Positions 26,200 to 38,316 of a stretch of DNA of 64,000 nucleotides are shown piece after piece. A program made the translations under genes and the position numbers. Numbering within the stretch: the first letter of the stretch is position 1; every line of letters begins with the position of its first letter. Under the pieces are notes generated by a model. The model worked only from the letters and a program-made list of their open reading frames with translations, did not search any database and was not told where the DNA came from. The stretch is from a virus: IMG/VR virus record IMGVR_UViG_3300025229_000001, one strand, 5' to 3'.

Positions 26200-27084
26200 T
26201 TAGATCTGGATAAGGGCCGCGTAACCTTGACGATTCCAGGTAGCTGCGCCGGTGGTTGCGTTGTAGGAGACGGTCATGCTGTTGCCAGCGCTGATGTCCA
26301 GGATCTTGACGGGGAGGGCGCCCGTGCCGTAGTTCAGAACGATCGTGCCCGCCAGAGCGCCCGTCGCGATCGCGCCCGATGCGGCCGTGATCTGAATCGA
26401 GAAATGCTGGTTGTCGGTGAATGCCGACACGGTCTGGTTGCCGTTCACGAGCGCTGCGCCCGTGCTGGTCACGCCGCTGATGTTGATGAGGTCGCCCACA
26501 CCAGCCACCGGCGAAGCCGCAGCCATCACGATGGCGATCGTGTAGACGCCATTGGCATACGACGAAGTTGCCGACGTGACCGAGTAGGTCGCCGTGGCTG
26601 CGTCATACGGTTGCAGAACCTGGTTGTTGAAGTCCCACGACACCTGGCTGGTGATGAGGCTGCCGTCCAGCGATACGAGCGACGGGTCCATTGCGACCGG
26701 AATTGCGATGCCCGAACCGAGACGGAAAAACGGCACCGTCATGCCTGCAGCGCCAGCTGTCGGAACCGGGCTCGACGGCGAGCCAACCCATGCGTATGCG
26801 TTGTTGAACACCGTGAAGCCGGTGATGTTCGCAACGGCCGATGCTTCCACAATCGTGCCGCCCAGCGTGCGGTCGTAACCCGATGCCGGAGCGATGCTTT
26901 CCGAGATGGCCATGCCGCCCCAGATGGGACGCGTCGCGCTTGCCGACACCGTGCCGACTGCGAGCGAGTAGCGCGTGGCCGGAGCGTCCTGATAGACGCC
27001 CTGAACGTAACCAGCGCTTTGTACCGAGAACGAACCTTGAGCATTCGTAGTCGCGTACGGGTAGAAAGGCGTATTGAGTGCCAT
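26200..27084 (-). CDS. Capsid decoration/cement protein with inserted beta domain
   Basis: Between scaffold and capsid; PIWGG.AI, VPFFRLGSG pattern. Confidence 0.7.
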   Translation of the reverse strand: MALNTPFYPYATTNAQGSFSVQSAGYVQGVYQDAPATRYSLAVGTVSASATRPIWGGMAISESIAPASGYDRTLGGTIVEASAVANITGFTVFNNAYAWVGSPSSPVPTAGAAGMTVPFFRLGSGIAIPVAMDPSLVSLDGSLITSQVSWDFNNQVLQPYDAATATYSVTSATSSYANGVYTIAIVMAAASPVAGVGDLINISGVTSTGAALVNGNQTVSAFTDNQHFSIQITAASGAIATGALAGTIVLNYGTGALPVKILDISAGNSMTVSYNATTGAATWNRQGYAALIQI

Positions 27085-27103
27085 GTTTTCCTATCCTGAA
27101 ATG

Positions 27104-27127
27104 AAAAAAGCCCGCTCAGTGGCGGGC
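27104..27127 (-). terminator. Intrinsic terminator after protease/scaffold gene
   Basis: A6-GCCCGC-TCAGTG-GCGGGC. Confidence 0.65.
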
Positions 27128-27149
27128 CTCGTGTTGGCGACTACTGCGG

Positions 27150-29906
<2,757 letters not shown>

Positions 29907-29907
<1 letters not shown>

Positions 29908-31322
29908 CAGGAGCGGCCAGAGAATGGAGGCGGGGCTTCGGGGTTTTCCGGAGGCGTGGGCGGCACGTAGCTCCTCAGATCATCGTAATCAAGCTCCAGC
30001 GGATTCGAGAACAGGTGCTTCGACTCGTTGATGTTGCTGGCCGCCCATTCGATCAACCGGGCCTTGTTGTCCGGATCGAGAGTGGGTAGAAGCACTTCGA
30101 TCGCCGCGATGATGCTTTTCAGCTTGATGTCATCGACTTCGACCAGCTTCGATTCCGGCTCAACGAGGAGAGAAGGCCACTCAGCCTCGAAAGCATTCGC
30201 CCAGTCGTAGAACGCCTTTTGATACGGGACGTTCTTGTATTCCGGAACTTCTGCCTGGATCGTCTTGTAGAACTCTTCGGTCCACGCGAGCCGCATCACA
30301 ATCCGATCGAAGAACGTGAAGATCGGTTTGACCGTCTGCTGCTCGTGCTCGATGTATCGAACGATGTCTTTGGCGTCTTCTGTGCCTTCACCAAAGCCTT
30401 CCGCGTATGACTCGGAGTTGAGTAGTTTGGCTGGCTGCGGGACAGCAGCTGCGATGTTCTCGAGGATGTTTTTACGAGCCGTGGTCAGCGCGCCGTCAGC
30501 GTTCAGCAGATTGAGCGTCTCAATGCCTTCGTCGGGCATGATGTTGATGACGTTGTTGGTCTGCGCTTCCTTGACGACGTTTCGCTTGATGCCTTGAAAT
30601 ACAGCCATCGCCCGGTCAGCGATCGACCCGGCCTGTTTCATCTTGGCCACGATGACGCCAACCTTGCGGCTGACCATGTCGTCGGCCACCATCGTTTGCA
30701 CGAACGACTTCAGCGGGAAAAGGGCGCGCTGATAGACCGAGCGGCCGGTGTAGCCGTAAGCCGAGTTCGTGTATTCGATGTAGAGCGGGTCTTCGTTGAA
30801 AAAGACAAGCGACCGGGACGGGTGATATGTCTGGCCGGCGGCTGTTATGATCGTCGGCTTCTGAAAGTCCGGCGCGTTAGGGTCCTGATTCAGCACCAGC
30901 GACCCGGCAGTGTTCAGCGGGTCCAGCGCATTGAAGTACAGATCCTTCTTCGCGAGGTCTTCTGGTTTGATTAGCGTGTTGGTATCAACGCCTTTAGCGC
31001 CAAAGACCAGAGCCGCGGCGCCATAGATTTTAGCGAGGCGCCACGTGTTGGCGATGTACTTGTTCGCGCCGATCTCATCCCACTTGCGCTCGAAAGCCTC
31101 ACGAATCCTTTCCTCCGGGCTGTTCGGAATCGAGATCGTTCGCTTCTGGCTCATCGCCAGTTTGATCGGCTGATCCACGATCTTCGAGCCCAGCGGATGG
31201 AACGCGTAAATCGTCTTGCACAGCTGGTACGACGGCTCAGCACCTGGAATGATGTCATCCGCCATGAGCAGATCACTCAGGCTCGATGAGAGCGTCGACC
31301 CTGTGATGTTGATTTCTGCCAT
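29907..31322 (-). CDS. Portal protein (DUF1073-like)
   Basis: 471 aa after terL; KIYGAAAL, YHPSR, PAKLL pattern. Confidence 0.85.
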
Positions 31323-31335
31323 GTGGTTTTGTCAG

Positions 31336-32880
31336 TTACAGGCCGTCAGAATCTCCTAGGCCAATTGCGATGCCGTAGACGCCCGTGTCGTACAGGTCGT
31401 CCGCCTGGTTGGGAATGCCCAGCCGATAGCCAAAGAACTGGCTAAGGAAGTGGTTTTGCGCTCGCCCTTTGTATTCAACAATCTTGTTGTAGGCGTGTTC
31501 GCTAATCTTCACGTCGCCGTGATGGACAAAGTCGGACACGCCGGTACCGCGCGCATCCTTGCTCATTGAGGTCAACTTGCTGTCGATCGCCTGAGCCGGC
31601 CAATTGCTACGAGCCGCCCGCTGGAGCAGGGTGATACCGCTGCCCTTGTCCTCAACGAAGCTGCCTGCGCTTCCCATGCGAGCCCCACAGAGCCGCGCGA
31701 GTTCTTCAACGCGAGACATGACGTTAGGGAACCACTCAGCGATCAGGTCACTCTCGATCTGGGTGATGTCCCAGTCCAGAATGATCAACTTGTGCCCGAT
31801 GTGACGATTGCGCGCGAAATACGTCACGCCCGTCCCGTCGTTCTTATCGCCCGGCTTGAGCGCCGAATCGAGGATGGCGAACACATAGTCGCAGCGTTGT
31901 GGCCATGGCACTGGTGCGCCGTCTACCAGAACGTTCTCGACCTTGAATAGCGTGCCTTCGAGCGGACGCGGCAACTGCTGATAGAGCGATGCCCATGTGC
32001 GAACGTTGTTCTGAAACTGTGACCAGTGCTTTTCCGTGAACCATTGCGGCCACAGATACTCGCCAATCTTCCGGCCAAGCGGATCGTTCTGAACCTCGCA
32101 TCGCGCCTGCAGACAGACGACTTCCCAGACGTTGCCGTCGCGGCACATGATCGGGCCGCTTTCTCCCTTCCAGTCTTCGGGAAGGATGCGGCCGGCGAGG
32201 TCATCTTCGTGCCAGCGAGTCTGGATGATGACGACCCATCCACCGGGAATCAGGCGGGTCTTCAGGTCGTCGTTATATGCGTCCCACGTCTTGTCGCGGA
32301 TCGTTGGCGAATCAGCCTGCTCGCGGCCTTTCACCGGGTCATCAATGATGATGCCGTTGGCGCGATTGCCCGTTACACCACCGAGAATACCGGTGGCAAT
32401 GTATTCGCTGCCGTTCGTCAGGGAGAACTCTTGTGCGGCCGACGATTCGGTCGTCAACTCACAATTGAAGATGCCCTTGAACCGTTTCTGCTTGATGATC
32501 GAGCGCGTACGCCGACCCATCTTGCGCGCGAGATCATCGCCATAGCTGGCGAGAATGACCTTGCGATTCTTCTCCGCGCCGAGATAGCGCGAGGGGAACA
32601 CAACCGATGCGTAGGTGCTCTTCGCGCTGCCCGGCGGCATGAAGAACATGGCCCGACCGTGAGGCGTCTTGCTGACACGCTCCATCGTCTCGAGGATGAG
32701 CCGATGATGCTGCGCCATCGTGGTTTCGATGGGCTCGAAGAACTCCGTGTCCGGATCTTCGCCGGCGGGTTTGCCGGGAATCTCGATCGCCTGAGCGTAG
32801 GAAAGTACGTCTTCTCTAGCCCTTCGGCGAATCCACAGCTCTTGCGCCGCTTGCTCCAATGTAGGCGGCGAGTTCGTCAT
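31336..32880 (-). CDS. terL: Terminase large subunit
   Basis: MPPGSAKST Walker A, IIIDDP Walker B, IQTRWHEDDLAG, C-terminal RNase H-like DSA...DD. Confidence 0.93.
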   Translation of the reverse strand: MTNSPPTLEQAAQELWIRRRAREDVLSYAQAIEIPGKPAGEDPDTEFFEPIETTMAQHHRLILETMERVSKTPHGRAMFFMPPGSAKSTYASVVFPSRYLGAEKNRKVILASYGDDLARKMGRRTRSIIKQKRFKGIFNCELTTESSAAQEFSLTNGSEYIATGILGGVTGNRANGIIIDDPVKGREQADSPTIRDKTWDAYNDDLKTRLIPGGWVVIIQTRWHEDDLAGRILPEDWKGESGPIMCRDGNVWEVVCLQARCEVQNDPLGRKIGEYLWPQWFTEKHWSQFQNNVRTWASLYQQLPRPLEGTLFKVENVLVDGAPVPWPQRCDYVFAILDSALKPGDKNDGTGVTYFARNRHIGHKLIILDWDITQIESDLIAEWFPNVMSRVEELARLCGARMGSAGSFVEDKGSGITLLQRAARSNWPAQAIDSKLTSMSKDARGTGVSDFVHHGDVKISEHAYNKIVEYKGRAQNHFLSQFFGYRLGIPNQADDLYDTGVYGIAIGLGDSDGL

Positions 32881-33313
32881 CCGTCATTTCCTGGGCGCTC
32901 TTGGTTGGAATCAGTGGAGCGCCATCCTTGCCGGTCATCTCTCGACGGTTGGTGAATGTGCCGCCTGATTCCTTGGCAGCCTGTTCAAGCAGTTGAGCGG
33001 CGAGGGCGGCATTCCCGCGGCTCGCGGCATTTTGGTAAAGGCGATCGAGGGCACGCAGCCGGAAGTTCTGGTTGGCAATCGGAATAGATGCCTGGTCTTC
33101 AAGGAAAGCCTTCCGCGTCGCGTCGAAAATCTCGCGCCACTTCTTGGACAGACTGCGCCCTGCAAACTTGGTCGGGTCATACGCTGCGACCTGCATCCGT
33201 TCAATCGCGATGCCGTATTCCTCTTTTACTGCGTTCGCCACCTGCGTCGGAGTGTCAAAGCACGCCAACGCTTGTACGACGAACGCTTTCACGTCGTCGG
33301 TGAGCGTTGCCAT
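32816..33313 (-). CDS. terS: Terminase small subunit (DUF2280-like)
   Basis: VQALACFDTPTQVA...YDPTK...IPIAN..FRL..L; EMTGKDGAP tail. Confidence 0.88.
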   Translation of the reverse strand: MATLTDDVKAFVVQALACFDTPTQVANAVKEEYGIAIERMQVAAYDPTKFAGRSLSKKWREIFDATRKAFLEDQASIPIANQNFRLRALDRLYQNAASRGNAALAAQLLEQAAKESGGTFTNRREMTGKDGAPLIPTKSAQEMTDDELAAYIGASGARAVDSPKG

Positions 33314-33344
33314 GTTTGATATATCTGTAGTGGTACTGTACTGG

Positions 33345-34001
33345 TTATGCCGCTCTTAACAGGCACGTCCCGCAAGCCTGCGCGATGTTGAGTGCGCCGA
33401 CCTCGGGAGCCTTGTTCGCCGCGGCAATCAGCTTGGCTGTCTCGCCTGCTCCAATGCCGTACCGGCGCACGATGCCGACGAACTCTTCAACGTCGTGGCT
33501 GCGGATCCCAAGCTTTGGCAATCCGTCTTTGGTAAACGCCGGCGCACCGAACTCGTCGGCTTTCTGCGCTATGTGATAAAGCTCGTGCTCGATTAGCGCA
33601 CACCATTCGACGTCCGAGCATTCATTCGCGTACATGGCGTCAAGTGTGATGAGGTAGGTCGGGACGCGCCCGAACCACTCATGCATCTGCTGCTCTTGGC
33701 GACCTTTCTGCCAGGCGCCGCAGCGAAACGTCACTTCCTCACACTGGCCAACGACTCTGCGCATCTGCCGGCTGTTCTCTTGCGCGGCCCAGAGGAATTC
33801 AACGTCGGCGTCCTTGAGATGCTGGTGATCGACGTTATAGAGCGGTGAACTCTCGCTGTGCAGCGTCTTCGATACCCACTCGGCCACGCCCTCGGCTGGC
33901 ATGAAACGACGAAACCAACTCCCCGCATCAAACAGCGAAGAGGGAGGCCGTGGGCGTTGTGCGAAAGGCTCTAACTCAACTTTAGGTTTGCGCGTTGCCA
34001 T
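33345..34001 (-). CDS. Phage putative metallopeptidase
   Basis: ALIEHELYH (HExxH), HDVEEF. Confidence 0.8.
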   Translation of the reverse strand: MATRKPKVELEPFAQRPRPPSSLFDAGSWFRRFMPAEGVAEWVSKTLHSESSPLYNVDHQHLKDADVEFLWAAQENSRQMRRVVGQCEEVTFRCGAWQKGRQEQQMHEWFGRVPTYLITLDAMYANECSDVEWCALIEHELYHIAQKADEFGAPAFTKDGLPKLGIRSHDVEEFVGIVRRYGIGAGETAKLIAAANKAPEVGALNIAQACGTCLLRAA

Positions 34002-34039
34002 TCATTTCTTCCAGGGGCGCGCCTCATGAGAAGAATTCT

Positions 34040-34399
34040 CTAATTCACGCGCCAAACCGGAATAGCGCCACCGGCCTTGTTCTGTGCGTTGGGGTAGGTC
34101 GCTGCATGCGCAGGCAAACTCGTTGCGTCCCATATCGGGATCGCTCCGCCGTTCTGGCCTTGGTCGCTCGGAAACGGACCATTGCCCGCAGGAGCACTTA
34201 CCACTCGAACGGGAATCGCGCCCGCAGCCTTCGATTGATCGTTCGGCCACTGCCCTGATCCGGGCTGCGCGACGAACACGACCGGGATTGCGCCGTTCGC
34301 CTTGCTTTGGACGCTGGGCCACGGTCCGCTGTTCGGTTGCGAGACCAGATAGACGGGAATCGCCCCTGCTGCCTGATTTTGCGAGTTAGGGTAGGTCAT
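34040..34399 (-). CDS. Five-repeat protein of unknown function (119 aa)
   Basis: Five ~24-aa units [YWF]PxxQxxxxGAIP[VI]; start moved to MTYPNS. Confidence 0.75.
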   Translation of the reverse strand: MTYPNSQNQAAGAIPVYLVSQPNSGPWPSVQSKANGAIPVVFVAQPGSGQWPNDQSKAAGAIPVRVVSAPAGNGPFPSDQGQNGGAIPIWDATSLPAHAATYPNAQNKAGGAIPVWRVN

Positions 34400-34501
34400 C
34401 TCAATGTCCCGGCGGCACAATCACGCAAATTTGCTTGCGCCATAATCTTTGCCTTGCGTCAGGCTGTTCGCCGGACGTCCAAAATTCGAGGAGATCGAGC
34501 T

Positions 34502-35029
34502 ATGACTACGCCGTCAGCGAAGCCATCCACGTTGCGCAGAATGCGCGAGTCCGCCATGTCCCGCATCCGCGATGCGAAGACCCTTCGACAGTCAGATCCA
34601 CTGGGAGATCGGTCGGATTCCGATATCCTGCTTGACTTGCTGGCGCTGGAACTTCTGTTGAAGTGCGTTCTGCTGCTCAACGGTGCGAAGCCCGGCAGGT
34701 TTGGACACGCGTACGAGAAGTTGTTTGATCAGCTTCCCGCGGGAGTACGCGCCGATGTGCTCACGAAGGCGAAAACTCGGATCGGTCCCGGTAGCGGATT
34801 GGATGCCGACTATCCCGGCGTACTTGAACGCCTCGGCAGGAACTTCATTGAACTGCGTTATCCCTACGAGGCATATGAAGATGTAACTGATGGAGAATAT
34901 GTCGAAATGGGTGAAGAGTGGATTGCACTTGGCGCTCCGCTTGAATCTGCCACCGTTACATATTACCCAAGCGAGCTTTTTGGCCTACTAGAAGCACTGA
35001 CGGACATGACCGCGTCGCTCGCAAGCTAG
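34502..35029 (+). CDS. HEPN-like domain protein (moron)
   Basis: LALELLLKC...GHAY..LF...FIELRYPYE helical HEPN-type pattern; start moved to MTTPS. Confidence 0.6.
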   Translation: MTTPSAKPSTLRRMRESAMSRIRDAKTLRQSDPLGDRSDSDILLDLLALELLLKCVLLLNGAKPGRFGHAYEKLFDQLPAGVRADVLTKAKTRIGPGSGLDADYPGVLERLGRNFIELRYPYEAYEDVTDGEYVEMGEEWIALGAPLESATVTYYPSELFGLLEALTDMTASLAS

Positions 35030-36198
35030 GCGGCTTCAAGCATTCCCACGTCGCACCGATGGCGCTCGATCTCACCATGCTCGCGGTGATGAACGATGCA
35101 GCACATATCGCGGCCAGCACGATAGCCGTGGCCGGCGGCGTAGGCGTCCTGTGCGGCGAGCGTCCGGAACGACTCGCAAACGACGCCGGGCAGTTCCTTC
35201 ACGCCCTTGGAGTGCACGTGGCCGGTGTACCAGTAGCGGTGCTTGGTTGTGCCCCAGTCTTCGGCGCGATCACATGCCATGATACCGCCGAGCTGCTCGT
35301 GCTTGGCGGTGTCGCCGTGCGTCGAGCCGATTAGTACCTTGCCGAACTTGAAATACCAGAACTTCGACGGACCAAGATCCACTTCAACGCGCGGCTCGCT
35401 TGAAAAGTAAGCGGCCAGTGTGAACGCTAGCGCCCAGATAGCCTGCGGATCGTGATTGCCAGGTACTGCCTTGACGATCACCCGCTTGTGTTTCTGCAAT
35501 GCGCGGAGAATAGCGTGCCGGTATGTCTCAATTCCTACCTGTAGAACCTTGACGAAGCGCGAGTCGACGTCGAGCTGGTGCCGATGTGCCGGCGTCTGGT
35601 TGGTCTGATCGTTCATGTGGTAGACGTCACCGAGAAGCAGCAGGATCGCCGTTTCCGCAGCGGGCGCCGATGCAACAAGACGGTCAACCGCACCTAGTGT
35701 CAACTTGCGGCCGATCTCTAGGTCAAAGTCATTGCCGCATTCTTTCGCCCACGTGTAGAGCCCAACGTGCGGGTCGCCAAAGGGATAAACGGCGAGGATG
35801 TCAGGCTGCGAATACGCCGGCGCGGCGATCAAAGGCGCGAGCCCTTGCACAGACTCCGTCAAGACGGCGATAGCCTCGCGGGCGATCTCTTCTGCCCGGT
35901 TGCCGTCGCGCTCGGTCTTGACCCACTGAATGGCGATGCCGTCTGCCGTATAGGCCGTCGACGTGCCCTTGACGCGAAATCCGTCAGGAACGGTATGCGT
36001 CATGTCGTGCGCGGGGCTATACCCCATCTTCGCCGCACGCTTCTCCAGATTACCCAGAGCGCGAATCAGGACGCTGTGGTGCAGCCCGAGAGCCTTGGCT
36101 GCGAGCGTGGGCTTGCCGTGCTTCTCGACGGCTTCGAGGAACGATATCTCGCGCGAATCAGCGAACTCACGTAACCGCGGGTCGTATTGTCGCGCCAT
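35026..36198 (-). CDS. HTH plus calcineurin-like metallophosphoesterase
   Basis: GDPHVG, GDVYH, GNHD, HGD, GHVH motifs; N-terminal AAKALGL HTH. Confidence 0.85.
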   Translation of the reverse strand: MARQYDPRLREFADSREISFLEAVEKHGKPTLAAKALGLHHSVLIRALGNLEKRAAKMGYSPAHDMTHTVPDGFRVKGTSTAYTADGIAIQWVKTERDGNRAEEIAREAIAVLTESVQGLAPLIAAPAYSQPDILAVYPFGDPHVGLYTWAKECGNDFDLEIGRKLTLGAVDRLVASAPAAETAILLLLGDVYHMNDQTNQTPAHRHQLDVDSRFVKVLQVGIETYRHAILRALQKHKRVIVKAVPGNHDPQAIWALAFTLAAYFSSEPRVEVDLGPSKFWYFKFGKVLIGSTHGDTAKHEQLGGIMACDRAEDWGTTKHRYWYTGHVHSKGVKELPGVVCESFRTLAAQDAYAAGHGYRAGRDMCCIVHHREHGEIERHRCDVGMLEAA

Positions 36199-36226
36199 TC
36201 GATTTCCCCTCAATAGTCCGTCTTGA

Positions 36227-36613
36227 TTATTTGACGGCAGCCTGAAACACAGGAAGCGCCTCCCGTGTCAGCCACCCTAAAACGTACGTGAACGACTCGT
36301 TGTCCTCGCCCGATGCGACAGGAATGCCAACGTCGCCTAGCAGGAAGAACGTCGCGTGCGCCAACTCGTGCACGAGAGTATCGACAGCCTTGTCGAATAC
36401 CCCGGCGGCGTAGACGCGACCATGTTCTTCGCTGTAATAGCGCATCGCTAGGCCTTTGCAGCCATCGGTCCCGGTCGCGTCACCGAACGCTGCGGCCAAT
36501 GCATCCCACTCCTGCGGCGCGGTGCAAAGCACCACTTTGCCGCCGAAGATTGGAACGGGAAAGGCCGGAATCCCGAGCAATTGCACCGATGCCGTCTTAG
36601 CTTTGCGCGCCAT
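36227..36613 (-). CDS. Small HExxH protein
   Basis: TLVHELAHA, NESFTY; start moved to MARKAK. Confidence 0.7.
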   Translation of the reverse strand: MARKAKTASVQLLGIPAFPVPIFGGKVVLCTAPQEWDALAAAFGDATGTDGCKGLAMRYYSEEHGRVYAAGVFDKAVDTLVHELAHATFFLLGDVGIPVASGEDNESFTYVLGWLTREALPVFQAAVK

Positions 36614-36627
36614 CGGTCGCACCAAAT

Positions 36628-36656
36628 AAAAAAGCCAGCAGCCTTTCGGCGCTGGC
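36628..36656 (-). terminator. Intrinsic terminator at end of RNA array
   Basis: A6-GCCAGC...GCTGGC. Confidence 0.6.
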
Positions 36657-36759
36657 AGACTAGCAGGGGTAGCTAGCGAGGAGATTGGGTGAAGGCTTGA
36701 CGCTTGCCCCGCATGGCGCAGTGGCCTCCTATCGGAGCGCGCGAGCAACTCTGCCTTAC

Positions 36760-36846
36760 CTTCGTGGCGGACGACTGAAACGGCCTGCATACCGTGATCG
36801 CCGTTCGAGCCCGTTAGCAGAACGGGATCAATCGTCCATCATGAAG
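36760..36846 (-). ncRNA. Three-way-junction structured RNA module (unnamed)
   Basis: Long closing stem TGATGGACGATTGA/TCAGTCGTCCGCCA with inner hairpins CCCGTT/AACGGG and ACGGC/GCCGT. Confidence 0.45.
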
Positions 36847-36896
36847 GCCCGAGCTTTGCACTCGGCTGCCGGCTTGCGTACCGGAGCTTTCCTCGT

Positions 36897-37020
36897 TGAG
36901 AGTGGCCGGCGCTGATCTCCGGCTTGCCACCACCATGCGCACGTCCCGTTAGGTCAGTGCCGGGAATCGAACCCGGTGGCATGTGATCAACATGCGCATC
37001 AGCCTGCGCATTCACTCTCA
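36897..37020 (-). ncRNA. C4-like phage antisense RNA, copy 1
   Basis: 8-bp closing stem TGAGAGTG/CACTCTCA; GCGC-AGGCTGAT-GCGC and GCCGG-AGATCAGCG-CCGGC hairpins; internal T-arm CCGGG-TTCGATT-CCCGG. Family name from memory of Rfam C4. Confidence 0.65.
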
Positions 37021-37092
37021 CGACTGGCGACTATCTGTCCTGGAGGATATTCGACGGGCTCCAGCGTCCGTCTAAATAATCGCCATGCGTGA
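37018..37092 (-). ncRNA. Long hairpin RNA module abutting the C4-like RNA
   Basis: TCACG/CGTGA plus TGGCGATTAT/ATAGTCGCCA stems. Confidence 0.45.
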
Positions 37093-37152
37093 AAGGGTTC
37101 CGCCGCCCGTATCAAACTGCTACGCCGACCGTAGCTGGCGGCGAAGCGGGGA

Positions 37153-37194
37153 TCATGGCTTGGGAAGCTTGTCCCTACGCGGACGAATGTCCAT
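37153..37194 (-). CDS. 13-aa micro-ORF MDIRPRRDKLPKP
   Basis: GAGGTG four nt before ATG; lies at the 5' end of the RNA array. Confidence 0.3.
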   Translation of the reverse strand: MDIRPRRDKLPKP

Positions 37195-37246
37195 GTCACA
37201 CCTCAATCAAGTTTGTCCATCGGATCACAGCACTGCCGCCCGTCGA

Positions 37247-37399
37247 TCAACTCTCGAGCGCACCACCAACAGCGAACGGCTCGAAGACATCGATCAGCCA
37301 CTCCGAATAGCCGGTAAGGGCGTGCGCGCATGCGAGGTGCCACGTTGCGGCCACCATCGGGCCAAAGGTGAGGATTGACTCCCAACCATCGAAAGTCAT
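37247..37399 (-). CDS. Small hypothetical protein (50 aa)
   Basis: ATGA overlap with GIY-YIG stop. Confidence 0.45.
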   Translation of the reverse strand: MTFDGWESILTFGPMVAATWHLACAHALTGYSEWLIDVFEPFAVGGALES

Positions 37400-38316
37400 G
37401 TCGCCTCTCGCTCCACGAATTCCCATCTGTATCCGTAAGCGCTTTTCCTGCGCCCGGCGCACACATGGCTCAGGTATGAAGACGTAGCCTTTGATATTCC
37501 CGAGTCTTTCAGCCAGATCACCGCATGCACCAGCGATTCAAACACCTTGCCGGTATCAACGATTCTGACGGGCTTTGCCCTTGCTGCGAATGATGCTGCA
37601 GCGGCTTGGGCCCTAGCTTCTGGTGATCGAGCGTTCATCGCCGCCGATAACTTCGCCCTGTGATCATCTGACAGGCGCTTGCCCATGCGGGCTGCGGACA
37701 ACTTAGCGCGCGTCTCTGCAGTCACAACCCGGTTCTTCAGCCGTTCAGACCTCCTGCGCCGCTCATCGGGAGATTGACCAAACAGTGTGCTCTTGGCGGA
37801 CAAGATTGCTTTGGTTTCGGCAGATAGAGGTTTCCCCCGCCTTGCTTGCGCGGACCTCGCTATCGCCTCGGTCGTCGGCGACTTTCCTTTGCGAATGGCA
37901 GATGCTTTCTCCCGCCACTCCGGAGTATCCCGGATCGCCCTCATAGCCGCCCTGGCAGCCGCGGACATCTTTCTGCCAGTCAAGGCAGCAGAAATCTTGT
38001 GGCATGTCGCCTCAGGGCGTTTCATGCCGAGATGACTGCCCGCAGTCTTGCAGATGTTGTAGCCCGGCACCAAGCAATCAATAGCTAGCTGCTCATACAT
38101 GAGCAAATCAGGCTTTCCGCAGATCAACAGGATCTCAAACCGCAACCCTGACTCGCCATGCTTTTTAAATGCCGATTGCAGATGCGGGTTATGGTGCGAC
38201 CCTACTCGAAGGTGATGAAGATGGACATGCCACCTTCTTCTGATATTAACCGCCGAGCCTACGTATTGCTTCCCAGACGCGCTGGTAATGGCATAAATGC
38301 CAGCAACGTTATTCAT
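37396..38316 (-). CDS. GIY-YIG homing endonuclease with NUMOD3 repeats and NUMOD1-like C-terminus
   Basis: GIY...YVGS..NIRRRW..H; repeated SxExRAKLS; YGYRWEF. Confidence 0.9.
   Translation of the reverse strand: MNNVAGIYAITSASGKQYVGSAVNIRRRWHVHLHHLRVGSHHNPHLQSAFKKHGESGLRFEILLICGKPDLLMYEQLAIDCLVPGYNICKTAGSHLGMKRPEATCHKISAALTGRKMSAAARAAMRAIRDTPEWREKASAIRKGKSPTTEAIARSAQARRGKPLSAETKAILSAKSTLFGQSPDERRRRSERLKNRVVTAETRAKLSAARMGKRLSDDHRAKLSAAMNARSPEARAQAAAASFAARAKPVRIVDTGKVFESLVHAVIWLKDSGISKATSSYLSHVCAGRRKSAYGYRWEFVEREAT

Noticed and set aside
36958-36978. Possible tRNA gene (GGTTCGATTCC T-arm)
   Set aside because: No D-arm, anticodon arm or matching acceptor geometry; it is part of the C4-like RNA. 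No complete tRNA was recognised by eye; tRNAscan-SE should confirm.
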